64,000 nucleotides of DNA from Octopus vulgaris (lineage: Eukaryota): positions 68,758,001-68,822,000 of the forward strand of contig OX597826.1 of assembly GCA_951406725.2 (NCBI GenBank), written 5' to 3'. The notes under the pieces were generated by a model. The model saw nothing but the letters and a program-made list of their open reading frames with translations, was not told the origin of the DNA and did not search any database. This document shows, piece after piece, positions 28,149 to 42,588 of the stretch. Both the position numbers and the translations under genes were made by a program. Position 1 is the stretch's first letter; each line of letters opens with the position of its first letter.

Positions 28149-29370
28149 ATATACATACACACACATACGTGTGTGCATGCATCTATGTATATGTATATAT
28201 ATATATGTATATATGCACATACGATTGTACATATATTTAGTATATATATTTAGTAAATATATATATGCATATATATATATATATATATATACGTGTGTGT
28301 GTGTATTATTTTCTGAATGGCAATCATCATATGCAAAAGCTGCAAAAATATACCAGTTGACCAGCGATTATTACAAATGGTTGAGTACCAAAGGTGTTAT
28401 TAGTTTGAGGCACCAGCCCATTGACAAAAGGTAGATTTTATAAATATGGCTAATTGTTACATATCTATCAATTATTTGGATTTATACAGAGTCACTAAAA
28501 AAATTATCAAATTGCAAGATTTTCATCCATTACAAATGGTTGCATTTGAAAAATAATATTGGGTTGCCGTACCTAGATTTTTCTTCGAAATGAACCGCTT
28601 CAAGATAGACTTTGGCCTAGGGCCTATAGACAGATATTTAGTTGTTTCTGTTTTGTTACATAAGGCGTTAAAATGGCGGAAATCTCGGAGCCAAATTTTG
28701 AGCAAATTTCTCTAATTGTTACTTTTCTCCTTGTTAACTAACGGTTTCACGACGACTAGTGACACACGCATACACATACATACATACATACATACATACA
28801 TACATACATACATACATACATACATACATACATACATACATACATACATACATACACACACACAATACACAAGAAGAAACACATTTGCTTACGAGATATT
28901 TTTTGAAATTACACATCTAAGATTTGTTGAAGAATGTAACAGATAGGTTGAACGTGACAAGTCATGAAGCGTGTTCACTATGATTACGAAAATATAGGAA
29001 AATCATAACTAAAATATAATAATGTGAAAATAAAAATATTGGTACCAAAATTTTCCCAGTCAATATTTGTATATTCACGTGCTTGTCAACACATAAACAA
29101 ATGATCTAACGAACAAATATTGATGGGTTACCATGAATATATTAATGCAAATATCGACAGGAATATATATAAATAGGGAAAGATTCGAATATAAAGACAC
29201 CGAACAAAATCAGACTGCTTGCGATGATGATGATGATGATAATGATGATGATGACGACGACGATGATGACAATGATGATGATGATGATGATGATGATGAC
29301 GACGACGACGACGACGACGACGATGATGATGATGATGATGACGATGATGATGATGATGACGACGACGACG

Positions 29371-29424
<54 letters not shown>

Positions 29425-29630
29425 GTGGTGATGACGATGATGATGATGATGACAGTAATGATGATGGTGATGATGACATTGATGTTAATGCTAATAATAA
29501 TAATATCGACAATAAATATTATTTGTAACAATGATAATAATAGTTATTGTTATTTTTATCATTATTGTTATTATTATTATTATTGTTATTTTTATCATTA
29601 TTATTATTATTATTATTATTGTTATTTTTA

Positions 29631-29671
<41 letters not shown>

Positions 29672-29681
29672 GTTATTTTTA

Positions 29682-29724
<43 letters not shown>

Positions 29725-30085
29725 TATTATTATTATTATTATTATCATTATGCGGTTTTATTCTAGTAAGTCGAACGCAAGAACGCTCCTTAATGTTTTC
29801 CTTTGTTTTCTCATTACAAATATTTTATTTGTTGCTCATCAGTAATCCTTTCTTCTTCTCCCTTTATTATAGAAGCGACCACAACCCTAATGGACTCGTA
29901 GGTTCTTTCTGCTACCATTTTTTTCTAGTAATATATTTCCAAAGAATTATCACCATTTCTACTGGGAACAGTAGTTAAAACAAAACCACAGCAAAATTCA
30001 TAACCAGTCTTTAAGAAAAACTAGGTGTTTCACTCACACATGGAGAGTTATAGGGAGACTCGGGTTATAGAGTGCATATATGGAA

Positions 30086-30218
30086 ATCGCGCTGGTGAGA
30101 ATAAAGTCTCGACGATGAGAATGAAGTCGCGCTGGTGAGAGTCTCGACGGTGAATATAAAGTCGCGCTGGTAATATTTCAATATTGCCGCGCTGGTGAGA
30201 ATAAAGACGCGCTGCTGA
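30086..30218 (+). repeat. ~20-bp minisatellite (gtcgcgctggtgagaataaa-like)
   Basis: About seven degenerate units, partly alternating gcgctggtga and tcgacg(a/g)tga variants. Confidence 0.8.
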
Positions 30219-30915
30219 TGCTTCAGTATTTTATCGAATAGACATGTAAGCTACCGTTGCACAGGTGCCAAAACTTATTTTGTGGAAATGCATCTCGTGT
30301 GACGACAACCATCAACTTCGTCCCTTGCGGTAAACAACAAGCGTGGTAGATGTTAGATAAATCTCTGAACTCAAGACGGGAAGCACTCTACAGCTCCAAA
30401 TAAAAATGAGAGCTTCATCTTCCTCCAACTATATGCAGCTAGCTGAGTGCAGGAGGAGAGGATGGTGGATGTGACAAGAGACATAAATGTCTGATGACTG
30501 TTGACAGTTGAATTGGTCAAGGAGGAAAACGAGGCTAAAATTTTCCATGTGAACAAGTTGAATCAAAGAATGTATCGAGATATGCATGCAGTTATTTATC
30601 CAAACAGACCAGTGTCTCAAAGTTATCAACGAGATCATTGAGGTTTATAATTTGTGACAAGGGACAGCAAATGACTAAGACGCCGCGAATGCAGTGCAGT
30701 AAATTACCTAAGGGACCTTAGGGATCTGAGAAAGAGGTAGTGTTATATAGATTGATAATTAACGAGAAAAGAACGGTTAGACGGAGAACTCTATTAATAG
30801 TAGAGCTGATAGCGAACGACAAATGACCTTCGTCGCTGCAAATGCCTAAAGAACAACAAAATTATATACACGACAGCGTGTTAGCACAATAAAACCTACA
30901 GTATCTACAACAAAG

Positions 30916-31229
30916 TGGAGGCGCAATGGCCCAGTGGTTAGGGCAGAGGACTCGCGGTCGGAGGATCGCGGTTTCGATTCTCAGACCGGGCGTTGCGTTT
31001 GTTTATTGAACGAAAACACCTAAAAGCTCCACAAGTCTACGGCACGGAGTGGTGGCGACCCCTGTTGTATTATTTCGCCTCAACTTTCTCTCACTCTTTC
31101 TTCCTGTTTCTTGAGTAACGCTGCTATGGACTGGCGTCCCTTCCAGCTGGGGAACACATACGTCACAGAAACCGGGAAACCGGGCCCATGAGCCTGGTTA
31201 GGCTTGAAAACAGCGCATAAATAATAATA
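30916..31229 (+). mobile_element. SINE family B, tail type 2
   Basis: Head ggaggcgcaatggcccagtggttagg; imperfect TSD atctaca(a/t)caaa. Confidence 0.85.
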
Positions 31230-31281
31230 ATCTACATCAAAAGCAGCAGCAGTAGTAGCAACAACAACAGTCAAAACAATT

Positions 31282-31516
31282 TGTTTCTTTATTGCACACA
31301 AGGGGCTAAACACAGAGGGGACAAACAAGGACAGACAGAAGGATTAATTCGATTACATCAACCCCAGTGCGTAACTGGTACTTAATTTATCGACCCCGAA
31401 AGGATGAAAGGCAAATTCGACCTCGGTGGAATTTGAACTCGGAACGTAACGGCAGACGAAATACGGCTACGCATTTCACCCGGCGTGCTAACGTTTCTGC
31501 CAGCTCGCCGCCTTAG
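31282..31516 (-). mobile_element. SINE family C monomer with 15-bp TSD
   Basis: TSD acagtcaaaacaatt at 31267-31281 and 31517-31531. Confidence 0.92.
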
Positions 31517-32087
31517 ACAGTCAAAACAATTGCGGAGACAGTATCAACCACAAGGCAGCCACATGAAAAACAACGGACAGCATCAATAGCGGCGGCAACA
31601 GTAGAAGCAGCTATAACACCAACAACAGGAAACCCTAAAACAGCAGCAACAGCAAAGATATTCCACCACCACACCAGTGTTTGCTGCGTTTGCCTTCTCT
31701 TTCACTAAAGTACAAACACACACATACGCACAGACGAACACACATACGCGCACACATACGGGCTGACATGCTTTTCTGCTGTGCTGCAGAACTATCTGAT
31801 CCAAAGACCTCTTATATAAAAAGCCGTCGTCTCACGGCCTCTTTATAAAGGAAGTAGGGACGACCTAAGCAGAAAGCGGGATGGTTTAATGGAGCAATAG
31901 ATTCACAAAACCATTAAAAAATAATTACCATCAAAACCGAAGCAACAGTCGCCATCCTTGTAATTACACCAAACAAAAAAAAAAAGGAAAACGATTAAAA
32001 GAAAACACAAACATGTAACAAGCCCAGAAAAAATTAAACACTAAATTCAACAATATGTACAACGCTAAAAACATCAGTAAACAAATA

Positions 32088-32500
32088 GTCTTTTCTTCTA
32101 TAGGCGCAAGGACCGAAATTTTGGGGGAAGGGGTAAGTCGATTACATCGACCCCAGTGCGTAACTGGTACTTGATTTATCGACCTCGAAAGGATGAAAGG
32201 CAAAGTTGACCACGGCGGAATTTGAACTCGGAGCATAGCGACGGGCGAAATACCGCTAAGCATTGTGTCCTGCGTGCTAACAATTCTTTTCTGCTCTAGT
32301 CGCAGGGCCCGAAATTTTGGAGGAGGAGGCTAGTCGATTAGACCGCCCCTAGTACGCAAGTGGTACTTAATTTATCGACCCCGAAAGGATAAAAGGCAAA
32401 GTTGTCCTCGGCGGAATTTGAACTCAGAACATAGCGACGGGCGAAATACCGCTAAGCATTTTGTCGAGAGTGCTAACAACTCTGCCAGCTCGTCGCCTTT
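32088..32500 (-). mobile_element. SINE family C dimer with a single 17-bp TSD
   Basis: acatca(g/a)taaacaaata at 32071-32087 and 32501-32517. Confidence 0.9.
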
Positions 32501-34639
32501 ACATCAATAAACAAATAATAAAATACCAAATTGACGTTGGAGAACGAAACACCGAATCGATGGAAAGCATATTACAAAACAATGATCCGGGGACGATAAA
32601 ATAATGTACTAGTTTAGTACAGGTTTTGATGGTATTATCTGATCCCTTCCTTTCAGTATTGCCAACCCTGTGCCCAGATCGGGATTATTATTGGTTTACT
32701 ATCAATTCCATTACGGTGGTGAGCTGGCCGAATTATTTGCACTTCGGGCAGAAATGCTTGACGTCTTTCCGTTCGTCTTTACGTTCTAAGTTCAAATTCC
32801 ACATAGGTAGAATTTGCCTTTCTGGTTCGATGAAATGATAAGTACCTGTTAAGCACTAGGATCAACATAATCGTATTACGCGCCAACCAAAAGTTCTGCA
32901 AAGTTTCGAAGCCATTATTACCATTTCTAAGTATATATTAATTTTATTTTGCAAAATGTGACGTTCCTGCCCATCGGTAGAATAAGATACTCTTCAGGAA
33001 CTTCCAAAATCTTACCTTTTATTGGTTATAATTAGTTCCCTTTTTTTTTTTTCTTTTTTCGGTCTTTTCCGCTGTTTTTTTTTTCTCCATTTTCTCATGG
33101 TTTTATCTCCTTCTGATCGTCGCAACAATATGAAACTGTTAATGCTTGGACCATCTGGCCAGGCGCTCTGAACTAGGAGGGGTTCTTTTTTCATCTTCGT
33201 TGCTGAGGGTATCTCTATCAATATCGATTTTTACTCAGTCTTTTCTTAGTGTAAAACATTTAGAGCTGAGAATGCAGCCACAACCTTTATATCCATGGTT
33301 ATAGAGGCATGATCTCTGTCGCTGTATCTGACACTATCAACCTCTAACATTTCTATTTTTGTTTGTCCTTTTGTTCTTTATACTGACCATTCTTAAGAAG
33401 ACTTTACAGTTAAACCTGCGGTCGCTTTGGATTGGATTATCTCTTCTAGTTTTATTGAGGACAGGTAGAATTTTGTATGAATCCGGTAGACAGAATCTGT
33501 GTGGAAGCCTGTCTTACGAATATGTGTATAAATGTGTGCGAGTGTATGTGTTTCTGTGAGTGTATTTGTATTTCCACATCTGTCTTTGTAATTGTATTAC
33601 CCCACTGCTTGGCAACCGGTGCTGGTTTGTTTAAACTCCATAATTTAGTGGTTCAGCATAAGAGCCCGAACAAATAAGTACCAGATATGAAATTCTGAAC
33701 TGGGCTCGATTTTTCGACTAAACCCTTCAAGGATGTGCTCCAGAATAGTCGCAGTACCATAACTGAAATATGTAAAAGAAAGATAAAAGTTTAAACCCGA
33801 ACATCCTATAAGCCTAGAATTTGGGTTTTTCTCTTTAAACCATCCGCAATCTGATCGACTGACATCTGCTCCAAAACTAAGGGAAAATCCTGAGACAAAT
33901 CCTTTGGAATCCTAACAATACTGCAAATGACAATTTTGTAGAATTATACACAATTAAAGAAAAATGGTTGCCAGTAATTTTACTGGAGCCTGTATGTCGA
34001 AGAAGCTGAACGTCCACTTGTCCTATCATTGATAACACAGCCACGTCAAAGACTTGCATTGATTTGTGGCTAGAGTTGAATCATATTTGATTGAAGAGGA
34101 TTATCTGGAAATCTCATTTGATCCTTATTAATCTCAGTGCTTGGGTGGACACCCCGATAGAAATTGCTGCTACTGATCAAAACAGATAAATTAGTCCGGC
34201 GCAATGCAGTCAGGCATGAGACGAAGACAAATGAAAGTATGGTGTTTTATCTTGTGTCGAGGGCAAATAAAAATAAATATGGTGTTTTATCTTTTCACTC
34301 TTCTCTCGTCCACTATGTTTCCTATATCCCACTTGCTGTGCTTCTACTTCTCGCAAACATGATGTAGTGGATGCATTAGACCTTACTTAGCCATAGTGAA
34401 GGAGGCTTATGATGAAGGACCTTACAATATTGACCCCGCACATATTCATTTCATGATGTTCTGCATCCAGAGTACTTCATCCAATGTGATCTTACGTCTC
34501 TTATTTTGTAAATATCTGGAACGCTGTGAGGATGTTTTGGCTGCTATTTCTAGCAAATATAGAAATTGCATGCATGGTCTCTGTGTAATAATTCGCTCTG
34601 TAGAATTACCAGATTGAATTTTCTAGAACGTGACTACAA

Positions 34640-35121
34640 TAGGCGCAGGAAACGTTTTACAAGCACCAGTATGGCCGAGTGGTTAAGGACTTCTCTTTGT
34701 TCAACATGGTTTCGGGTTCAGTTCCACTGCACAGGACATTAGGCAAGTGTTTTCAACTACTGTCCCGGATCATCCAATGTATTTTGAGTGAGCTTGGTGG
34801 AAAGAAACTGTGTGGAATCCTATCGCGTATATGTGTATGCGTGTATGTCTATGTCTGTGTATTTCCTTATCACCACCACCATCAACAACAACAGCAACAA
34901 CCACGAAAGCACTTGTAAGCCGGTGTTGGTTTCTTTACGCCGCTGCGACAGATATCGATAGAATCAGTACTAGCTGTGTGGTAAGTAGCTTGCTTACCAA
35001 CCACATGGTCCCGGGTTCAGTCCCACTGTGTGACACCTTTGGCAAGTGTCTTCTACTATAGCTTCGGGCCGACCAAAGTCTTGTGAGTGGATTTGGTTGA
35101 CGGAAACTGGGAGAAGTCCGT

Positions 35122-35189
<68 letters not shown>

Positions 35190-35500
35190 CGTGTGTGTGT
35201 GTGTGAGTTTGTGTTTGTCTCCCCAACATCGCTTGACAACCGATGCTGGTGTGCTTACGTCCCCGTAACTTAACGGTTCGGCAAAAGTTACCGATACGAT
35301 AAGTACTAGGCTTACAAAGAATAAGCTCTGGGGTGGATTTGCTCTACTATAAAGGCGGTGATCCAGCATGACTGCAGTCAAATGACTGAAACAAGTAAAA
35401 GAGTAAAAAGAGTAAAAAAGTAAATAGTGGGGTGAATTTACTCGGCTAAAGCATTCAAATTGGTGCTCCAGTATTGCCACAGTCCGATGACGGAAACAAG
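34640..35500 (+). mobile_element. SINE family A: decayed copy plus a younger copy (about 34972-35420)
   Basis: Two heads and two tails matching 9980-10400. Confidence 0.8.
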
Positions 35501-36245
35501 TTTAATTAAAAGTCAAAGATTAAAATTGATGTGGAAATTCTCTTGTGATATCTACATATTGTGTGTTCGTCAATACCCGGAATAACCCTACCCAGGCCCT
35601 TGTTGTCCTTACAAAGGAAATCAAGGGTCATTGATAGCAATATATATATATAGAAATAATTTGAAAAGAAGGCCGGAACAAAAAAATGGTGCAGGATATG
35701 TTATAGGTGATCCTGTTTAGATTCTCGCAGTTTTAGAGAAATTTCCCGTTGGAGTTTAATTTGTCTTTTATTAATAATTGGAACCAATATCAAATAATAG
35801 ATATTATAGCATTGACAAAAAAGGCAAAATTAAAAAAGAAAATATACGTCAATTGCAAGGAGAGGTGATTCACGATAAGCAGCAGCAGCAGTAGTACCAG
35901 CAGCAGTAGTAGCAGTAGTTATAGCATCAACAACAGCAGTGGTATTAGTATTAGCGTTGGTAGTAGTTGCAGCAGTATTAGAAGTGGTAGTGGCAGTGGG
36001 AGCAGTAGTAGCAGCAGAAGTATCGGTAGAAATAGTAAGATGAACAGGAAGAATAGGAAAAAAATAATATTAAATTAAAAATATCAAAGATTTCCTCATA
36101 CTAATCGATTCCTGATTTCCTCCGAATCTTAAGACATCATTATTGCCTCTGTACAATAAGAACTCAAGTGCGTATGTACGTATATACAAATATATATATA
36201 TATGTATATATATATATAAATAAGTGTGAGTGTGTGTATAAAGGA

Positions 36246-36276
<31 letters not shown>

Positions 36277-36309
36277 ACGTCCTGTGGAAACATATGCATA
36301 TATATATGC

Positions 36310-36343
<34 letters not shown>

Positions 36344-36414
36344 GCATATATATATATATATATATATACGTGTAGATATATGTACATATACGTATGTATA
36401 TATGCATATATATA

Positions 36415-36471
<57 letters not shown>

Positions 36472-36551
36472 GCATATATATGTATATGCATATATATATA
36501 TACACATATATATATATATATAGTATTACATACATATAAGAGGGATTACCA

Positions 36552-36586
<35 letters not shown>

Positions 36587-36715
36587 CATGTATGCATGTA
36601 TGTATGTATATATATATCTGTATACATTGATAATACATATATATAATACATTGATAATACATATCTATATAGACATGTATATATATATATATGTGTGTGC
36701 GTGTATACACACACG

Positions 36716-36816
<101 letters not shown>

Positions 36817-37587
36817 ACATATTTATATGTGCGTATACGATAGTATGCATCTGTGTATATTGATGATAACGTGCATGTAGCCGTAGCATCATATTTGCAT
36901 GTGCATACGTTGTGTGGAAGAAAGCGTGCCGGCATAAAAAGAAAAATTATGAATGGGAGAATGTCTTTCTCACGTTTTCTTAGGCTTTTGCTTGTTGCTG
37001 GCATTCCTTTTGTTGTATTTATTCTTTTCATCCGGCTTTTGTGTACTTAATGAAGTTAGAAGTCCTTGTTGCGCAGCGAAGCGTGACTAACTCTGCATTA
37101 ACGACACTGAAACAAGTGGCATTCACTCGTGCGTGGAGGATATTACGAGAGGAGAAGAAAAAAAAAGAGAGGAAAAAAAAATAACTAACGCACACAGACA
37201 AAAAAAAATTTCGATGTATTTAGAAATAGGATGGCACCACTTACACCAGATGGAATATGTTGATTGGCATAGTATATAGGGAGTTGAGGGGTTTCGGGGG
37301 TACCGGGGAGACGTCGGGGGTGTAGTTGATTGAACGTTGGTCATGGTCGGTTGAACAAGGAACATAATTTACTAAAGTTGGGAACTGGAGGCTGGGACTG
37401 TAGGCTAAGAACTGAGAGAGATGGAGGGGTGAGAGTCACGAGGTGCAGGTAGTGATAGGATTAGAAGCTAGGGAATCAAAACAGGCGTAGATTTAGCTGA
37501 TGTATATAAACACACACACTAACACACACACACACACACACGCATATATATATATATATAAATATACGTATGATATATAATATATAT

Positions 37588-37967
37588 CTCTTTTACTTGT
37601 TTCAGTCATTTGACTGCGGCCATGCCGGAGCACCGCCTTTAGTCGATCAAATCGACCCCGGGACTTATTCTTTGTAAGCCCAGTACTTATTCTATCGGTC
37701 CCTTTTGCCGAACCGCTAGGTGACGGGGACGTAAACAGACCAGCATCGGTTGTCAAGCAATGCTTGGGGGACAAACACAGACACACAAACACACGCACAC
37801 ACACATATATATATATATATACATATATACGTCAGGCTTCTTACAGTTTCCGTCTACCAATTCCACTCACTAGGCATTGGTTGGCCCCGGGCTATAGCAG
37901 AAGGCACTTGCCCAAGATGCCACGCAGTGGGACTGAACCCGGAACCATGTGGTTGGTTAGCAAGCTA

Positions 37968-37970
<3 letters not shown>
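37588..37970 (-). mobile_element. SINE family A
   Basis: Reverse-complement match to 9980-10400; the first ~20 nt are replaced by (TA)n. Confidence 0.88.
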
Positions 37971-38026
<56 letters not shown>

Positions 38027-38031
<5 letters not shown>

Positions 38032-38282
38032 GTGACAATTATTCGGTAGCCATGATAGAACTCCGAGTTTCGGATGCCGAGTTGGAAAAATGCTTCCCTT
38101 TGTATAACGGTCATTTTCATAGCATTTTCCCGATGGCCGGAGCACTGAAAAGATGGCAGCATGGATTTCGACATCAGCTACCGAATAATTGTCACATATT
38201 ACATTTACAGATAAATTCCTCTATTTACATAATATCGAGGTGGTCTCTTTCTTTCTTTAGTTGTCTTACAATTTTCATCAAT
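38027..38282. mobile_element. Unclassified element with a 19-bp inverted repeat, between (TA)n tracts
   Basis: gtgacaattattcggtagc (38032-38050) / gctaccgaataattgtcac (38177-38195). Confidence 0.55.
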
Positions 38283-38303
38283 ATATATATAAGATTATAT
38301 ATA

Positions 38304-38349
<46 letters not shown>

Positions 38350-38899
38350 ATATATATATTCTAACGGTTTCTTTTGCTGAAACGCAAGTGGATCGGAACG
38401 AAAGACAACCAACACTGGGAGTCGTGCAGTCTCATAAACACACACATATACCTGGCAGGCTTCTGACAGTTTCCATGTACCAAATTCACTCGCAAGGCTT
38501 TGGTCGGAACGGAGCTATAGTAGAGGACTTGCTCAAGGTGCCACGCCGTAAGACTGAAGCCGGGGTCATGGTGTCGGGAAGCAAACTTCCCACTACATCG
38601 CTACGCAGTGTGTGTGCGTGTGTACGTGTGTGCGTGTGTGAGTGTGTGTTTGCATGTGCGTGAATGTATGTGTCTGATTTGATTGGCAAAATCATTTGAG
38701 CATCGAACAAATGGCATTGCGACATTTTCATCTAGTATTTCATGTTCCGAGTTCAAACTCCACAGTAATAAACTTTCGTAAATCCGAGCACGTTCCAAGT
38801 AAAGATTACGAAACACAATAATACTCATTATACTCATCTCCCAAAATTGTGGTCCTGGGTCAATTTTTAAATAGGCAGCTTGCTAGCTAGATAAAAAGA

Positions 38900-39890
38900 T
38901 ACCAGGTCATCCCATAAGATCTGTCCGAATTTTGAATAAAGAAAACAAGTGATCAAATGTTATATTTAATTGAAATGTAATCATCAATGTACTTTCCTTT
39001 ATTATCTATAATTTCATTCCATCTATTTACAAGCTTTTTAATCCCATTAATGTAAAACTCTTTTGGTTTCAAAGCGAAGAACTCTGAAATGTCAGTTCCA
39101 ACCTCCTCCTGGCTTGCGAAAGTTGTGTCCCCCAAATGATTCTGTAAACTACGAAATAAATGGTAGTCTGAAGGAGCAAGGCTGGGAGAATAAGGTGGAT
39201 GAGGAATGTTTTCCCACCAAGTCTTCGATCTTCAGTTATGCGATCTTTGTAGTGTGGCGTCGCGCATTTTCCTCATGAAACATCACTCCTTTTCGATGCA
39301 CTGAAGCGGATCTTTTTCTATTCAAAGCTTGGTTCAATCGCTCTAATTGCTTGAGCATTGATTGTTGCATTAGGTGGTAACAATTCAAAGTGAATTACTA
39401 CTTTGCAAGCTCACCAGATACGGAGAAGAACCATTTTTCCCATGAAATTCCCTTCTCGGTTGTGGTTGAGCTTTTTCCCTTTTGCCAAGCCACTGTTTAC
39501 GACGTTTAACTTTTCGATAGAAGATCCATTTTTCGTCACCAGTCACAAGTCTATCCAAAAAGGGTGAAATGAGTTCGCGTAATTTGAGAGAAGAGCAGAT
39601 GTCAACTCGGGATTTGCGGTTGCTTTCGGACAATTCATGAAGCACCCATTTTCCAAGTTTAGGAACTTTTCCAGGTTATTGAAGATGACGATGAACAGTC
39701 GTATGGTTTGAACTAAGCTTTATTGCCAATTCTTCAACTGATATTGCAGGATATTCTTCACGAAATGCCTCAAGGAGCTTACAATCAAACTCAACTGTGT
39801 TCCATCTTCATCTTCAAGGCTGAAATCTCCACTTCTGAATTTTGCAAATCATCCTCTGCAAGTTCTTTCATTCAAGCATTCTTTCCTATA
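38900..39890 (-). mobile_element. Decayed mariner (Tc1/mariner) transposon with one TIR
   Basis: Minus-strand motifs WVLHEL (WVPHEL), VTGDEKWIFY, FHEENARRH (HDNARPH-like), HPPYSPSLAPSDYHLF and GIKKLVNRWNEIIDNKGKYI. Frameshifts are present. TA plus a TIR-like end lies at 38900-38935. Confidence 0.9.
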
Positions 39891-39974
39891 AACTGAGTGT
39901 CTGTTTCGAGTCGTTTCGGCTGCAGTGTTTCCTTTTTTTTGAACTGTCAAATGACGGAAACAAATAAAAGAATA

Positions 39975-40023
<49 letters not shown>

Positions 40024-40081
40024 GGTGCCCCAGCATTGCCACAGCTCGTGAGCTGAAACTAGAATCAATCAATCAATCATA

Positions 40082-40129
<48 letters not shown>

Positions 40130-40134
40130 TTCAA

Positions 40135-40182
<48 letters not shown>

Positions 40183-40437
40183 ATATATGTATAACGGGCC
40201 AGCCTTGTTACGTCACATTTTGTGTTCACGCTGGATCTCCCTGAAAACTGCTTCAAATGTAAACGTGTCTGTGGAGTGCTCAGCCACCTACACGTTAATT
40301 TCACGAGTAGGCTGTTGCTTTGATCGGATCAACTGTGACACTCGCCGTCGTAATCAATGGAGGACCAGTTACACCCATTTACACATACATACATGCATAC
40401 ATACATACATACATACATACATACATACATACATACA

Positions 40438-40473
<36 letters not shown>

Positions 40474-40779
40474 TAAATATACACACACATGTCCCTTTGA
40501 AAGCATTACATTTTAATGGAGCACATAACAAAATTTGTTCACTCTCATATACATTTACATAAAATATTTTATCATTATATCTCTTCTCATCCACCCACAC
40601 ATTGCACGCGCTTATATACCTCTAATTTAATGTGAATGACACCCAATCACTTTCCTTCCCATATGAATTTCAATAGCTTATTGTTTGTTTGATTTCACAC
40701 ATGTATATATATATATATATATACATACATACATATATAAATATAAATATATATATGTATATGTATATATATATATATG

Positions 40780-40853
<74 letters not shown>

Positions 40854-40854
40854 C

Positions 40855-40931
<77 letters not shown>

Positions 40932-41479
40932 TGTCATATGGCTATATTTGTAATTGCCAGTAACGATGTCTTTTGTGCAGAGGATATGAGCGGTTCTTTG
41001 ATTAATTCAGCGCTGGTTTAATGATGCTAATTATTCTTCACACCGCGGAGAGATGAAAAGCTACATCTTTTGTTGGGTGCGATACCCAACCAGATGTCTA
41101 CGTGAAGCCAGATCGATTCTCTCAGTGGCACGTATCACCGTACTTCTAATCTCTTTTTCCTATAGAAAGTAAAGGGAAATATATTATATGATAAAGAAAA
41201 AAAAATAATAAGCCTGAATACAATTAAAGAAGACTACGTAATCGTTAATAAAAGGGAAAGGGGGGGAAATGAAAGAAAACAGGTCACAGCTTTCATGTTA
41301 AGAAGCTCGCTTTGCTATCACCTAGTCTCATGTTCAATTCTATTGTGCGGCACCGTGGACAGGTGTTTATGCAGTAGCCCCGATCCGACCAATGTTTGTG
41401 GTTGCATTCGGTTGAGAGAAGCAATGTGGAAACCCATCGTGTATATATACATATATACATACATACATACATACACACA

Positions 41480-41564
<85 letters not shown>

Positions 41565-41566
<2 letters not shown>

Positions 41567-41752
41567 CGGGAAGGTTTACGAAAATAAACAAAAGACGAAG
41601 GCAGGTGGAGTACAAACAAACAAATGTATTAGTATAGCGCTCAGGAATAGAACTAGAAAAAGTATTTTGCGTTTCGAGCCTACGCTCTTCGACAGAAAGA
41701 TACACAGAAAAAAACAAGAAGAGAAAAATGCGTGTAGGAGCTAACGATCTAT
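41565..41752 (-). mobile_element. Family H2 hammerhead-bearing element
   Basis: Reverse strand reads cttt-ctgtcga-a-gagc gtag gctc-gaa-acgc-a-aaat (41665-41699); the 3' end joins (TA)n. Confidence 0.7.
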
Positions 41753-41754
41753 CT

Positions 41755-41791
<37 letters not shown>

Positions 41792-41817
41792 CATACGTAC
41801 ATACATATATACATACG

Positions 41818-41896
<79 letters not shown>

Positions 41897-42505
41897 ATAT
41901 ATATACATATATACATACACGCGCACATATGTGTGTATATATATATACAAACATATACAAAGACATATATACATATACATATATGTATAAGTTTCAAACA
42001 TTAAAAAGAATTACGAGAAAAGAACGAATGGAAAGTCCAACACAGGACATGGGTATGTTCGCCTCTCGTCAGTCATCATTGAAAAGAATCATTACATTTT
42101 CACGTCTTTTCCGGGAATATTGTTCCCTTTATGGTGGCGCGAAAGGTATAAAATGTACATTTACAAAACGAAATAAGATATGCATTATTCGTACAAAAGA
42201 AAAGCCGTGGGGTTCTGAGACAAGAGAAATCATGTGTATAGGTAATGCTAAGGAGATGTCCTAGAAGAATGTAAACAGAAAGCGGAGCGATAAAAAAAAT
42301 TGAAGGAAAGGGGAAAAAACGAACTTGTTGTTGAATTTAAAGAAGAGCATTAGAGGCCGGGAGAATCGTGACTTAACAAGTCAGCGGTCAATCGAAGATA
42401 AAAGGAAGTTAGACAGATTTGTAGGGATGGTCACGGGCCATGCGGTAATGTGGCGGGAGAGACAACAAATTGTTAAAGGGCAAAGAGACAGGAAAATTAA
42501 CAAAG

Positions 42506-42582
42506 AAGTAAGGTCCGGAAACAGGGAAGGAGAAATAGAAAGTATCTTTCTATTTCTCCTTCCCTGTTTCCGGACCTTACTT
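42506..42582. repeat. Perfect inverted repeat, 37-bp arms, 3-nt loop
   Basis: aagtaaggtccggaaacagggaaggagaaatagaaag-tat-ctttctatttctccttccctgtttccggaccttactt. Confidence 0.97.
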
Positions 42583-42588
42583 TTTTAC

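Noticed and set aside
30916-30990. tRNA-Arg-like sequence (also at other SINE B and SINE A heads)
   Set aside because: A/B boxes are present but there is no proper acceptor stem, and it continues into a SINE body; not a tRNA gene.
33000-34400. Possible ancient LINE remnants (also about 46180-46740, 52740-53150, 56200-58100)
   Set aside because: Only faint motif echoes such as SAWPDG; too degraded to call without a profile search.
37764-38663. 299-aa ORF
   Set aside because: Chance read-through across SINE A antisense, (TA)n and an inverted-repeat element.
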